DNA from: Desulfobacterales bacterium | GTDB lineage: Bacteria > Desulfobacterota > Desulfobacteria > Desulfobacterales > JAHDSC01 | Length of the DNA stretch: 64,000 nucleotides | Reading direction: 5' to 3' | NCBI GenBank assembly: GCA_040769985.1 | Contig: JAXGJZ010000010.1 | Span: 6,472-70,471 of the forward strand | In this document: piece after piece, positions 40,883 through 52,039 of the stretch | Layout of the letters: each line of letters begins with the position of its first letter | Numbering within the stretch: position 1 is the first letter of the stretch | The notes under the pieces: model-generated | Seen by the model: only the letters and a program-made list of their open reading frames with translations | Told to the model about the DNA's origin: nothing | The model's database searches: none | Program-made: the position numbers and the translations under genes

Positions 40883-41470
40883 GAATCTTTCCTTGCGATT
40901 CAGGCTTAAATTTGACGGATCGCCTCAATCGATTATCAAAAGTGTTTTTCGAGCAATTTTGCGGTTCAACCGATGCCTTTCGGGCATGGCCGGAGTTCAA
41001 CGGCTTTGCTGATTGAAGGAGTCATTGTTTTTAAAATCCATATTCAAACGGATCCTGTTCATGTGTTGGCGATGGTTCCTTCGAAACTCGATTGCGCCTC
41101 TTCGAAGGGTGGATTTGAAACCGCTTCAAGGGGTTGACACGCCATATCGTAATTGTGTCGATATCCAATTCGTGCAGGGCCAATGGGATTTCGGGAAATT
41201 AACGGCGATTATATCATAATGATGGGGCGAATGAAACGCCTCTGACGGCGGATTTTTCGGAATGATTTGCGAACCCCGGAGGAACGCGATGCCCCAAAAC
41301 CGGAGGCCCTTTTAAAGGAAGGGGGAAAGATCTTCCATGCGGCCAATGGCTGAAAATCAATTCGTTTGATAGAAATGGATCGTATCAAGGGTGATCAGCT
41401 TATACGCCGCGATATCCAAAGTGCATGGGACGATTCGTTTAAAGAATAAAGCCATACTATGAAGCCGTAT

Positions 41471-41486
41471 TGGTATGTTTATTGCA
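41471..41486 (+). promoter_or_regulatory. Sigma54 promoter
   Basis: TGGTAT-GTTTA-TTGCA, divergent from the activator at 39110-40882. Confidence 0.6.
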
Positions 41487-42005
41487 GAATCAATCTTTCG
41501 ATAATCGGACAAATCGGCCGTATAAGGTTCACAAGAATCTTTTTGCGGCCAATCGCCATGAAATTATATTTTAATGAAAGGGTTACATTAAAAAGGGGAG
41601 GATTTCGAAAATCGTCGGTTTTTTGACAAGCGCCACAGAAATATCGGCAAAACGGGAGACTTACGTTTTGATATCGTTCGAGGTAAAAGGGCCATCAATA
41701 TCCAAGGCTTCATTTTTCTGTTCACGGGAAAGCGTTATCAAATCATCCTTGAAAATACCTCGGTTGCATGATTCGAATTCGATTTATCCGAAGTCAGACA
41801 CCCCATCGCCGATCCGGAATCTCGCGGCAACGAGTGTTTTTAAATATTTTTTTTAAACCGGGGCTTCTGAAATCGGATGAGAATAGATATTCGTCTTGAC
41901 AAGGTGCTGGATGCCGGAGGCAGGTGTTAATCATCAGGTAGCGGGAGTCGTTGATTTTACAAACAGAAGGTAGATGGAAAATTTCCGAAAGGAACCGGAA
42001 AACGG

Positions 42006-43490
42006 ATGAATGATATTATTGATTTTTTGCCGGATGCAACCTTTGCGATCAATCGAAACGGCGAAGTCATCGCATGGAACCTGGCCATTGAAGAAATGAC
42101 GGGAATTGCAGCAAAACACATGCTTGGCAGAAAGAATTATGAATATTCTTTGCCGTTTTACGGGATTAGAAGGCCTTTGCTGATTGATCTGGTTTTCGAG
42201 TCGGATCAAGCCATAAAGAAGAAATATGCTTTTGTCCGGAAGGAAAATGATTACCTGATCGCGGAAACGAAAATTCAGACTCCGGAAGGAAGGACATTGT
42301 ATCTTTGGGGTAAAGCCGGACCCATATGGGACAAGAAGGGAAATGTCGTCGGTGCGATCGAGTCTATTCGGGACATTTCCGTTCGCAGACAGGCAGAGGA
42401 GAAGCTGCAAAAAAGTGAAAAAAGCTCTCGGGATCTATTGGAAAATTCTCCCGTCGGCATTTGCATTGTTCAAGAGGCCCGGGTGGTTTATATGAACTCG
42501 GAACAAAAAAGACTCCTTGGCGCCGTATCCGATTTCTTTCAATTTAAAGACCTGAATGTTGATCCGGCGGATTCCGAGAAATTCATCCAATTCTTCGATT
42601 CGGTACTTTCATATGATCTGCCTGCTTATGATACGCAAATCCGATTTTACCCTTTTCCAAAAGCAGAAGAACCGACTCGCTTCAAATGTGTGAACCTTCG
42701 GGCAAGCTTGATTGAATATCGAGAAAAAAAGGCCGTATTGATCAATATGATTGATGTTACCGAGACGAAGGATCTGGAAAAGGCCATACAATTGCGTGAA
42801 AAAATGGCATCACTCGGGCATGTTGCCGCGGGGCTGGCTCATGAAATAAGAAACCCTCTTTCCGGCATCAATCTCATATTGGATATCATAAGAGAGAATC
42901 TTGAAGCTTCCGAAAATGCCCAAGATAGCAAAGAACTTATCAATCAGGCGCAGGAAGCAGCCAACAAGATCGAATCCGTCATAAAAAGAATCCTGGATTT
43001 TTCCCGACCGTATGAGCCTCATTTAACTCTGGAGAATATCAATGTTCCGGTAAAAGAAGCAGTGAAACTGTCTCAGACCGTTTTGCGCAAATCCGGAATA
43101 AATATTCAAACCGATATGGATGAAAGAATTCCCAAATTATATATTGATGTACAACTAATGGAACAGGTCCTGTTAAACCTGATCAATAATGCCGCGGAAG
43201 CCATGAAAAATATTAAAGACCAAAAGATTGTAAGAATCTCTTCGGTCAGGGAACATGGTGATATACTTCTGAAAATTTCCGATTCGGGCATAGGGATCCC
43301 TGCTGAGATAAGAGGAAAGATTTTTGATCCTTTTTTTACTACGAAAAGCGATGGCTCCGGAATCGGGTTAAGCCTGTGCCAGAAAATCATCGACAACCAC
43401 GGGGGGATCATCAAAGTATCCCGATCCAAACTGGGCGGTGCTGAATTCAGAATAAAAATTCCGATAGAGAAAAGGAGATCTTGTAAATGA
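42006..43490 (+). CDS. PAS-PAS sensor histidine kinase
   Basis: AHEIRNPL, NLINNA, DSGIGI, PFFTTK, GSGIGL; true start may be ATG 41974 if one A is missing near 42000. Confidence 0.92.
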   Translation: MNDIIDFLPDATFAINRNGEVIAWNLAIEEMTGIAAKHMLGRKNYEYSLPFYGIRRPLLIDLVFESDQAIKKKYAFVRKENDYLIAETKIQTPEGRTLYLWGKAGPIWDKKGNVVGAIESIRDISVRRQAEEKLQKSEKSSRDLLENSPVGICIVQEARVVYMNSEQKRLLGAVSDFFQFKDLNVDPADSEKFIQFFDSVLSYDLPAYDTQIRFYPFPKAEEPTRFKCVNLRASLIEYREKKAVLINMIDVTETKDLEKAIQLREKMASLGHVAAGLAHEIRNPLSGINLILDIIRENLEASENAQDSKELINQAQEAANKIESVIKRILDFSRPYEPHLTLENINVPVKEAVKLSQTVLRKSGINIQTDMDERIPKLYIDVQLMEQVLLNLINNAAEAMKNIKDQKIVRISSVREHGDILLKISDSGIGIPAEIRGKIFDPFFTTKSDGSGIGLSLCQKIIDNHGGIIKVSRSKLGGAEFRIKIPIEKRRSCK

Positions 43491-44887
43491 TTCCATACAC
43501 CATATACCTTGTGGATGATGAAGCAAGTATACGGCAGGGAATCGCCTTAGGATTCAAGGACCTGTATCGGGTGGTGAGTTTTGGTTCAGCGGAAGATGCC
43601 ATTGGTGCCATAAGGAGTCAACGGCCGGATCTGGTTCTGCTGGATATCGGACTTCCCGGTATCAGCGGTATCGACGCTCTCCGAAAGATCAAAGGCTTTG
43701 AGCCGGATATGATCGTGATCATGATTACCGCTTATGAGGATATCCATACGGTGATCTCCGCGATGAAACTTGGAGCTTATGATTATGTAATAAAACCCAT
43801 TCACATGGATTCACTGAGAGTCTGCGTCCGGAATGCACTTGAAACGATCAAGCTGCGTAAGGAGATCCAGGCGCTTCAGGAAAACTATATTAGAGAAAAT
43901 CTTCCATGCTTCGTTGGGGAAAGTGATGCCATTCAGGATGTAATTCAGTTTGTGAACAAGGTGGCCAAAAGCCCGGATACGCCGATATTAATTTTGGGCG
44001 AGTCCGGGACGGGAAAAGAACTGATTGCGAGCGCGATTCATTATAAGAGTCCGAATTTCAAAGGGCCTTTTGTCACACTGAATTGTGCGGCACTTCCGGA
44101 GGAACTCATTGAAAGCGAGCTCTTCGGTTATGAAAAGGGGGCTTTCAGCGGAGCAAGCCCGACCGGTAAACGGGGTCTGATCGAAGAATCCTCGAATGGA
44201 ACGCTGTTTCTTGATGAGGTGGGAGATTTGGGTCTTGCGGCTCAGGCAAGGCTTCTCCGCTTTATTGAAAAAGGAGAATATTACAGAGTAGGGGGAACGA
44301 AAAAACTCCTGACTCGAACCCGCATTGTCTCCGCCACCAATAAGAACTTGGAAGATATGATTGAAAAAGGTTTTTTCAGGTTGGATCTTTATTATCGACT
44401 TGGAGTGATTAAAGTGGAGATTCCGTCTTTAAACGATCGCCGCGATGATATTATTCCAATTGCGAAATATTTTCTGATGGAATTCGGCAAAAAACAAGGC
44501 AAATCCTTCAACGGATTTTCCAGTCGCGTTCAAGAGTTTCTGATGAATCATCGATGGAAAGGAAACATCCGCGAATTAAGAAATTTAATTGAAAGGGCTG
44601 TTCTTGTCGGCGGCGGTCCGGATATAACCATGCAGGATCTTGGATTGGAAAAAACGAGCAAGGGGACGGATCGATTTTTTCCACGAACGAAAAATAGAGC
44701 CGGTTTTCCCTCTCTTTCGGAAAATGGCGTGGACCTCAGTGCCATGGAAGAACATTATATTACAGAAGCCTTGCAGAAAGCCGGAGGGAATGATGCAAAA
44801 GCAGCCAAATACCTTAATATGAGCTATTATTCGTTTCGATATCGAAGGAAGAAACTGAGCAACCTCCAAAGCCTTAAATCTTTTTGA
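43487..44887 (+). CDS. NtrC-type sigma54 response regulator
   Basis: LVDDE, LLDIGLP, GESGTGKE, GAFSGA, WKGNIREL; ATGA overlap with the kinase. Confidence 0.94.
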   Translation: MIPYTIYLVDDEASIRQGIALGFKDLYRVVSFGSAEDAIGAIRSQRPDLVLLDIGLPGISGIDALRKIKGFEPDMIVIMITAYEDIHTVISAMKLGAYDYVIKPIHMDSLRVCVRNALETIKLRKEIQALQENYIRENLPCFVGESDAIQDVIQFVNKVAKSPDTPILILGESGTGKELIASAIHYKSPNFKGPFVTLNCAALPEELIESELFGYEKGAFSGASPTGKRGLIEESSNGTLFLDEVGDLGLAAQARLLRFIEKGEYYRVGGTKKLLTRTRIVSATNKNLEDMIEKGFFRLDLYYRLGVIKVEIPSLNDRRDDIIPIAKYFLMEFGKKQGKSFNGFSSRVQEFLMNHRWKGNIRELRNLIERAVLVGGGPDITMQDLGLEKTSKGTDRFFPRTKNRAGFPSLSENGVDLSAMEEHYITEALQKAGGNDAKAAKYLNMSYYSFRYRRKKLSNLQSLKSF

Positions 44888-45095
44888 GATTTGCGTAAGC
44901 AAATTTCCTCATTGGATTATCTTTTCCTGCCCGGGTAAATTCATTCAAATTCGAGCGTGTCATCTGTTCGGTTGGCTATTTGGCCAGCTTTCATTTGGCG
45001 ATTCCGCCAAGCGGGGTGTTCCATCCGTTACTTCGACATAAAGGAAAACAATGTAACTCACTGAAATAACAATAATTAATGATCTTTCAGCTTTT

Positions 45096-45111
45096 TGGCA
45101 TCATTTTGGCA
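45096..45111 (+). promoter_or_regulatory. Sigma54 promoter
   Basis: TGGCAT-CATTT-TGGCA with GG-N10-GC spacing. Confidence 0.55.
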
Positions 45112-45122
45112 AGTAAAGGAGA

Positions 45123-45587
45123 TTGAAAAAATGCGCAGCATCGAGTTTGAACCTTAGCTTGGAAGCAGGCCGAATGATGGACGGAGAGAAACTCAGAACA
45201 ATGAATGTTCTTTTGATCGATGATGATGAGTCGATACGAATTGCCATGGAATATTATTTCAAAAAAAAGACGAGATCATTTTTTACCCTCGAAGATGCCG
45301 AAACCGCCCTGAGTCTGATCGAAAAAGAGGCTTTGGATATTATTATCTGTGATTACAAGCTTCCCGGAATGAATGGAATCGATTTTTTCAAAATGGTGGA
45401 TTCGGATGTTATCAAGATCCTGATCACCGCTTACGCGGGTCTTGAAGTGGCTTCCGAGGCAGGCAGGGTCGGAGTCCATGATTTTATTCAGAAACCGTTT
45501 ACAACCAAAGTGATTAAAGATTCTTTAGGCCGTTTGATCGAAGAACGTCGGCCGTTCCGAATTTCAGAAAACGGGAAGATAAAATAG
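45123..45587 (+). CDS. Single-domain response regulator
   Basis: LLIDDD, IICDYKLPGMNG, ITAY, KPF; start uncertain. Confidence 0.88.
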   Translation: MKKCAASSLNLSLEAGRMMDGEKLRTMNVLLIDDDESIRIAMEYYFKKKTRSFFTLEDAETALSLIEKEALDIIICDYKLPGMNGIDFFKMVDSDVIKILITAYAGLEVASEAGRVGVHDFIQKPFTTKVIKDSLGRLIEERRPFRISENGKIK

Positions 45588-45633
45588 AGATCGATAACCA
45601 AAAATGAGAGAAATTTGAATAGGAAGACAGACG

Positions 45634-46692
45634 ATGAACGTACAATGTCAAAACTGTTCCAAGATCTATCATATCCGGGATGAACAACTGCCGAAGGGGA
45701 AAAAAATATCGTTTCCGTGTCGGAATTGTAACGGGCAGATCATGCTTGATTTGCGCTCAAAAAAAAATCCGGATGACACGGCTCATGTCGCAAAACCCCT
45801 AATCAATGAGTCGCCGGAATTTTCAGTTTCAGAAGAGTCCGGCACAGAAAATTTCAAAGAAAAGGTATTGCGATCCGTGGGCGATTTGCCTCCCATGCCT
45901 GAAATTCTCATTAAAGCACAAAAGGTTATGTCCGATCCGAATTCATCTTTCCAGGAAATCGGAAGAATACTTGAAACGGACCAGGCGCTCGCCGGTCGAG
46001 TTCTTAAACTCGCCAACTCCGCTGCTTACGGACTGAGCGGCATGGTTTCTTCCATACAACACGCCGCGGTTGTCTTGGGACAAAAAACCCTCATCGAAAT
46101 TGTCACCGTGGTGGGTACTTCAAAATTTCTTGGAAAGCAATTGAATGGATACGGGCTCCAGCATGGTGATCTATGGAAGCATTCATTGACCGTCGCCTTT
46201 GGTTCGAGGATTATTGCCCGAAAGAAAAGCCCGAAATTGGAAAATGACGGATTTTCAGCGGGGTTGTTTCATGACGCGGGAAAAATTGTTCTTGACCCCT
46301 ATGTCCTTGAAAAGAAGAAAAGTTTTGAAGAATACCTGGCCGGCGGTCAAAAGACTTTCTCCGATGCTGAAAAAAAGATCCTTGGATTCGATCACTCGGA
46401 AATCGCCGCTGAATTATGCAAAATATGGAACATTCCCGATGTGCTGGCGGCTGCCATTCGATATCATCATCATCCATTCCAGGTACAAGATAATAAGCTG
46501 TCTTATATCCTCCATATGGCCGACTCCATTGCATTGAAGATCGGTATCGACACCGTTGCCGGTGATGTAAATTGTCAAGGTGACGAAAAGGTGATGGAAT
46601 TTCTTAATCTCAAGGAGGAAGATGTAAAAGGTATTATGGAGGAAGTTGTCGAATTGGTGAATAAAACGGTTGAAGAAATGAATAAGTCGTAA
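45634..46692 (+). CDS. Zinc-ribbon plus HDOD domain protein
   Basis: CQNC..CRNC; LPPMP, LKLANS, WKHS, HDAGK, GFDHSE, YHH. Confidence 0.9.
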   Translation: MNVQCQNCSKIYHIRDEQLPKGKKISFPCRNCNGQIMLDLRSKKNPDDTAHVAKPLINESPEFSVSEESGTENFKEKVLRSVGDLPPMPEILIKAQKVMSDPNSSFQEIGRILETDQALAGRVLKLANSAAYGLSGMVSSIQHAAVVLGQKTLIEIVTVVGTSKFLGKQLNGYGLQHGDLWKHSLTVAFGSRIIARKKSPKLENDGFSAGLFHDAGKIVLDPYVLEKKKSFEEYLAGGQKTFSDAEKKILGFDHSEIAAELCKIWNIPDVLAAAIRYHHHPFQVQDNKLSYILHMADSIALKIGIDTVAGDVNCQGDEKVMEFLNLKEEDVKGIMEEVVELVNKTVEEMNKS

Positions 46693-47011
46693 TCATTTTT
46701 TTGCGGTTTCAAACAAAAGCGAATCCAAAATGTATTCCTGAGGTTGAATGAGTTGCCTTGAACGTAAATCCGATCGAAGGTTTTGAAAGAATTCCCCGAT
46801 CCATCTCTCCAGACCCAAATCGGTGAAAGAAAAATGAAGAGCGTGTTTTTAAAAGAAAAGAAATATAATCGAAAAACCAGAGGTAAAAAGCATAACTCTT
46901 AAGGTAAGCCTTCGGTAAAGAACCGGAAAAAGAGTCGGAAAGAATTCGCGGGGCATGTTTTCCGTGGGCCGGTACTATTGTTTAATATTTATAAAGAGGA
47001 GATAAAAAAGA

Positions 47012-48956
47012 ATGAAGAAACGAACGCTTGGTTTTAAACTGATTGCCGGGGGGATATTGGTGGTATTGATTCCCCTGATCGTTGTGGGGCTGTTTTCGGT
47101 GTCGAAAGCGTCCAAGTCGCTGGAGGCTCTTTCCCGGGAGCAGGCCGGTCATGTTGCCGGGAATCTTTCGGACATGGTGCAGCTGGTGCTTGCCGAGGAG
47201 ATAAAGATTATTAAGGAGCTGGCCGTCGGCGATGAGACCGTTGCGGTTGCCTCGGAAGTCGCCCGGAGCGGATTCGGGATGCCGCCTCCGAAATCGACCG
47301 AATGAGCCGGGCTTTTTCAAAGGTCATGAGCCAGATCGGAAACGACTATGAGACCATATTTTTGAGCGACGCCGACCGGGACGATTGTCGCCGACGGCAC
47401 CGGTGGAAATTACAAGGGGATATCGGTAAGCGACCGGGATTATTTCAAGGCCGCCCGGGACGGAAAGGCCAATATCGGGACGCCGGCAGCCTCGAAATTG
47501 ACCGGCAATCCGATCGTCAATATCTGCGTTCCGGTCTACTCGGCAACCGGGAATTTGCCGGAGCGATTTCCGGCGCGCTGAAAACGGATTTTTCAGCGAC
47601 AAGATCACCTCCATCAAGATCGGACAGACCGGGTATGCGTTTATGGCCGACGGCAAGGGGATCATTATCGCCCATCCGGAGAAAAAGCATATTCTCAGCC
47701 TGGATTTGAAAACGCTCAACGGAATGGAATCGATCACGCAGAAGATGCTGTCCCGGCAAACCGGTGTCGAATCTTATGTTTTCCGGGGATCGAAAAGATC
47801 GCGGGGTTTGCTCCGGTCGATATCGCCGGATGGAGCATCGCCGTTACCCAGGACACGGCCGAGTTTTTAGGATCGGCCCATGCCATCCGGAACATCATCC
47901 TGATGGTGGGTTTTGTCTGTCTGGCGTTGACCGTAGTAGCGGTTTTCTTTTTGCCCGCGGAATCAGCGTTCCGGTGACCCGCGCGGTGGACATGCTCAAC
48001 GAGGCGTCCGACCAGGTTTCCTCGGCATCCAGCCAGGTTTCCTCCACCAGCCAGTCGCTGGCCGAAGGGGCTTCCGAGCAGGCGGCCTCGATCGAAGAGA
48101 CCTCATCGTCGCTGGAGGAGATGGCGGCGATGACCCGGCAGAACGCCGAACACGCCACGCAGGCGGACACGCTGATGAAGGAAGCCAACCGGGTCATTTC
48201 CCAATCCAACGAATCGATGGAGGAACTGACCGGGGCGATGGAAGATATTTCCAAGACCAGCGAAGAGACCCAGAAGATTATCCGGACCATCGACGAGATC
48301 GCGTTTCAGACCAACCTGCTGGCGCTGAACGCGGCCGTTGAGGCGGCCCGGGCGGGTGAAGCCGGAGCCGGGTTTGCGGTGGTGGCCGATGAGGTGAGAA
48401 ACCTGGCGATGCGCGCCGCCGATGCCGCCAAGAACACGACGGCCCTGATTGAGGGATCGGTGAAAAAGATCAAGGAGGGCTCCGAGCTGGTCGGCGTGAC
48501 CAACAAGGCGTTCGGGCAGGTGGCCGAGAGCGCGTTGAAGGTGGGTCAGCTGGTGGCCGAGATCAATGCCGCCTCCAATGAGCAGGCGCAGGGTGTGGAC
48601 CAGATCAACAAAGCGGTTGCGGAAATGGACAAGGTAACGCAGAGCAACGCATCGAACGCGGAGGAATCGGCTGCGGCCTCGGAGGAGATGAACGCGCAGG
48701 CCGAGCAGATGAAGGCGGTTGTCAGGGATCTGATTGCGGTGGTGGGAGGAAGCGGCAATGAGAACGGCAACGGATATAAGGCGCGTCGGTCGCGGGAGGG
48801 TGCCCAATCGCGGCGGCCAGGGCGATATCGAGTTTCAACCCGGCTTCCAAGGCCAAGAGAGCGCCGGTGCAGGGAGGCAAGAAGATGATCGCCCATGGGA
48901 CGGTCGTCAAGCCGGAGCAGGTTCTTCCCCTGGACGAGGAATTCAGCGATTTCTAA
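47012..48956 (+). pseudogene. Methyl-accepting chemotaxis protein (Cache sensor) with several frameshifts, likely sequencing errors
   Basis: TM1, Cache (SDRDYF, IIAHP), signalling domain [35 protein letters not shown]-terminus EQVLPLDEEFSDF* (CheR-tether-like pentapeptide). Confidence 0.85.
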
Positions 48957-49045
48957 GAAGACAGGGATAATCAGCCGGGCGCCCGGCGGATGGAGTTGGG
49001 AGGGCCGGGCCCGGAATCGGAATAGATGGGAAAGGAAGATGTATC

Positions 49046-49558
49046 ATGTCGGAATTAGAAAGCAAAATGGATCAGGCGATCAAAGCGATGGCGGAAAGGG
49101 AGGGCAAATATCTGACTTTCAGCCTTGCTGGGGAGGAGTACGGGATCGGTATCTTGAAGATCCGGGAGATCATCGGGATGATGCCGATCACATCGATACC
49201 TCAGACGCCCGGTTATGTGAAAGGTGTAATCAACCTGCGCGGCAAAGTGATACCGGTGATCGATCTTCGGCTGAAATTCGAGATGGATGCATGTGATTAT
49301 ACGGAAAGAACGTGCATCATCGTGGTTGAGGTGGAAGGGGTCGGCGGCCGGATACTGTTCGGGATCGTGGTGGATTCGGTATCGGAAGTATTAAACATCA
49401 AAGGAGACGATATCGAGAACACGCCGACCTTCGGAGTCAAGCTCAACAGCGATTACATCCTGGGCATGGCAAAGATGGAAGGGGGAGTCAAAATACTTCT
49501 GGACATCGGCCGGGTTTTGAGCGAACAGGAACTGGCACACCTCCAGGAAGCCGCGTGA
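49046..49558 (+). CDS. cheW: Chemotaxis coupling protein CheW
   Basis: KYLTFSL..EEYGI, VKGVINLRGKVIPVIDLR, GIVVDSVSEV. Confidence 0.95.
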   Translation: MSELESKMDQAIKAMAEREGKYLTFSLAGEEYGIGILKIREIIGMMPITSIPQTPGYVKGVINLRGKVIPVIDLRLKFEMDACDYTERTCIIVVEVEGVGGRILFGIVVDSVSEVLNIKGDDIENTPTFGVKLNSDYILGMAKMEGGVKILLDIGRVLSEQELAHLQEAA

Positions 49559-49584
49559 TGATCGTGAATCAATGAATAAAATTT

Positions 49585-49622
49585 CTCCGGCAATGCTTTT
49601 TTTAGGTTGCCGGAGTTTATTT
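49585..49622 (+). terminator. Intrinsic terminator after cheW
   Basis: CTCCGGCAA...TTGCCGGAG followed by TTTATTT. Confidence 0.6.
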
Positions 49623-49708
49623 GATAATCATGGAAAAAAAACGGTAAAAACGTCTTGGTTCGGATTTTATATGATTCACGGAATTTTTTGAAAATATGAG
49701 AATGATAA

Positions 49709-50221
49709 GTGGTCGATAAGTTCGAAAATCCTATTCAAGACAATTACTTTTTACGACCCGGTTATATATTTTTGTCCGAAAAACCTACAATTATATCAAC
49801 CGTGCTTGGTTCGAGTGTTTCAGTTTGCCTGTATGATAAAAAACGGATGGTGGCCGGGATGAATCATTTTCAACTTCCGTATATTCAAGAAAAACTTCAC
49901 GCAACGGCATGTTATGGAAATGTGGCCACATTCAATCTCGTCCACATGATGCTTCGCGATGGATCCAGGATCGAACACCTTGAAGCTCAGCTTCTGGGCG
50001 GAGCATTTCATCCCGATATTTTTCCCAAGGATATCGGACGGGATAATATCTTAACCGCAAAAAAGATTTTATTGAAAAAGCAGGTTCGGGTTGTATCGGA
50101 AGATGTGGGAGGCCGGATCGGAAGAAAGATCGTGTTTAACACGCATACAAACGAGATATCGGTGCTTAAAGTGCAAAACCTCCGAAAAAGTGATTGGTAC
50201 CCCTATGAATCCGACCGATAG
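49709..50221 (+). CDS. cheD: CheD homologue (Ser at the catalytic Cys position)
   Basis: FLRPG, STVLGSSVSVCLYD, GMNHF, YGN, IGRDN, EDVGGRIGRKI. Confidence 0.85.
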   Translation: MVDKFENPIQDNYFLRPGYIFLSEKPTIISTVLGSSVSVCLYDKKRMVAGMNHFQLPYIQEKLHATACYGNVATFNLVHMMLRDGSRIEHLEAQLLGGAFHPDIFPKDIGRDNILTAKKILLKKQVRVVSEDVGGRIGRKIVFNTHTNEISVLKVQNLRKSDWYPYESDR

Positions 50222-50268
50222 GATTTTTACCCCGGATGAAATGAGTTGCCTGATGTAAAGACATTTAA

Positions 50269-50404
50269 CAGGGTGTTGAAAAACAAGAATCAGGCCGTCA
50301 GGCAAGGCGCGCGGCGATACGACAAGCGCAGCATATCAAGCATATGTGAGCATTGACGAGCCACAACGCTGAATGGCGGCTCAGGCGCAGTTTTCAACAC
50401 CCTG
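50269..50404 (+). mobile_element. MITE family A, full copy
   Basis: TTAA|CAGGGTGTTGAAAA...TTTTCAACACCCTG|TTAA. Confidence 0.9.
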
Positions 50405-50544
50405 TTAAAGGAGACGGTCGAGTTGGATTGATACTGGATGTAGCGGGTCTGTTTGAGATTTCAATGAACGCGGTTTAGGCTCGGCGGTTTTGGGGGGATT
50501 TCGGGTGCGAGGGGCGAGAAGTTCGAGGCGAAGAATAAAGGTGG

Positions 50545-51026
50545 ATGCTTGTTAATTATCGCGGGTGTATCCGACATGAAGATAAGCAACGATCCGGAAG
50601 CGACGCTGGTGACCTATTCTCTGGGTTCGTGCATTGGGGTTGCGGTATACGATCCGGCAGCGAAGGTGGGGGGATACTTCACTACATGCTTCCGGATTCG
50701 GGACTGCATGAAGCGAAAGCCGGGCAGAATCCGTTCATGTTTGCCGATACGGGGATTCCGAGGCTGTTCAAGACCGCCTACCAGCTGGGAGCCAGGAAGC
50801 AGAGGATGCGGGTGGTGGTAGCCGGAGGTGCGCAGATTTTGGATCAGAAAGGTTTTTTAATATCGGCAAAAGAAATCATGTGGCCTTAAAGAAGATGTTC
50901 TGGAAGAACAACGTATTGACGGATTATGAAGATGTCGGAGGGATGGTGAACCGGACGGTGAAGCTGGAGATAAAGACGGGAGACATTTTCATCAAGGTAT
51001 CGGGCAGCGAGGAGAAGAAGATATGA
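50545..51026 (+). pseudogene. cheD: Second CheD, frameshifted (probably sequencing error)
   Basis: GVSDMKIS, YSLGSCIGVAVYD, LHYMLP, FADTGI, AGGAQ, EDVGG..RTV over three frames; ATGA overlap with the next gene. Confidence 0.8.
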
Positions 51027-51874
51027 TTTCTGTTCAGGGGTTAATAAAGGAGATCGACAATCTGAAACCGATTCCCCAGATCGCGAGCCGGGTGATGAAG
51101 ATGTCGGAAGACCCGGAGTGTTCCCTGCGCGATATTGCGGATGTAATTTTGCATGATCCGCTGATCACGGCGAATCTTCTGCGGATCTGCAATGCGGCGT
51201 ATTTTGGTTTACCCCGGCAGATCGATTCGGTACAGGATGCGATCACCCTGCTTGGATTGCAGAAGATCGTGGATCTGGTTTTGCTGAAATGTTGTACGCA
51301 AGCTCTTGGGAGGGAGCAGAGAGGCTACGGGCTTCATGAAGGCGAGCTGTGGCGGGCGGCGGTGGCCAGTGCGATCATAGCCCGGAAGCTGTCGGAGAAG
51401 GAGGGTAGCCAGAGCCGGCAGCTGATTTTTACGGCGGCGCTTTTGAAAGATATCGGCAAGGTCATTTTGGATCGGTTTGTGGCCGATTCATTCCGGCAGA
51501 TCGACGATTACATAAGGAATGAGGGTCTCAGTTTCAATGAAGCCGAGAAGAAGAGCATCGGGATCGATCATGCGGAACTGGGGGCATTGGTGGCCAAGAA
51601 GTGGAAGTTGAGTCCGAAGATGGTGTACATCATAAAGAATCACCACATGTCGGATGAATCGGCGAAGCAGGATTTTGAGACCTCGGTGGTATACCTGTCC
51701 GATACGCTTTGCATGATGATGGGGATCGGAGGCGGAGTGGACGGTCTGGCATACCGGTTTTATGATGATGTGCTGAAGCGTCTGAACATTACCGAAATCG
51801 ATTTTCAGGCGATCATGGCCGATTTTGGGGAAAACATGCAGAAACTGGACGAACTGCTGGAAGTGTGTGAATGA
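51023..51874 (+). CDS. HDOD domain protein
   Basis: LKPIP, DPLITANLLRICN, LLKDIGK, GIDHAELG, NHH. Confidence 0.9.
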   Translation: MISVQGLIKEIDNLKPIPQIASRVMKMSEDPECSLRDIADVILHDPLITANLLRICNAAYFGLPRQIDSVQDAITLLGLQKIVDLVLLKCCTQALGREQRGYGLHEGELWRAAVASAIIARKLSEKEGSQSRQLIFTAALLKDIGKVILDRFVADSFRQIDDYIRNEGLSFNEAEKKSIGIDHAELGALVAKKWKLSPKMVYIIKNHHMSDESAKQDFETSVVYLSDTLCMMMGIGGGVDGLAYRFYDDVLKRLNITEIDFQAIMADFGENMQKLDELLEVCE

Positions 51875-52039
51875 GAACCGCTATGACCTCCGCCGATCGA
51901 TCCTTCCGGTTCATTCCGTCCCCGGAGCCTCAAAAACGGTTAAAGTAGCGGTTTGAGATCGTAAAGCCGGGTTCATGATCGGTCCGGATTCCATTTTTTT
52001 AGGCTTTTTACAAAATTTCCTGTTCAACGTTATGAGCCT

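Noticed and set aside
46860-46985. c-di-GMP riboswitch upstream of the MCP
   Set aside because: Lacks the GGCAAAC..GAAA..GGACGCAAAGC core
48103-48807. 234-aa antisense ORF and similar shadow ORFs
   Set aside because: Antisense to well-supported genes; expected from codon bias
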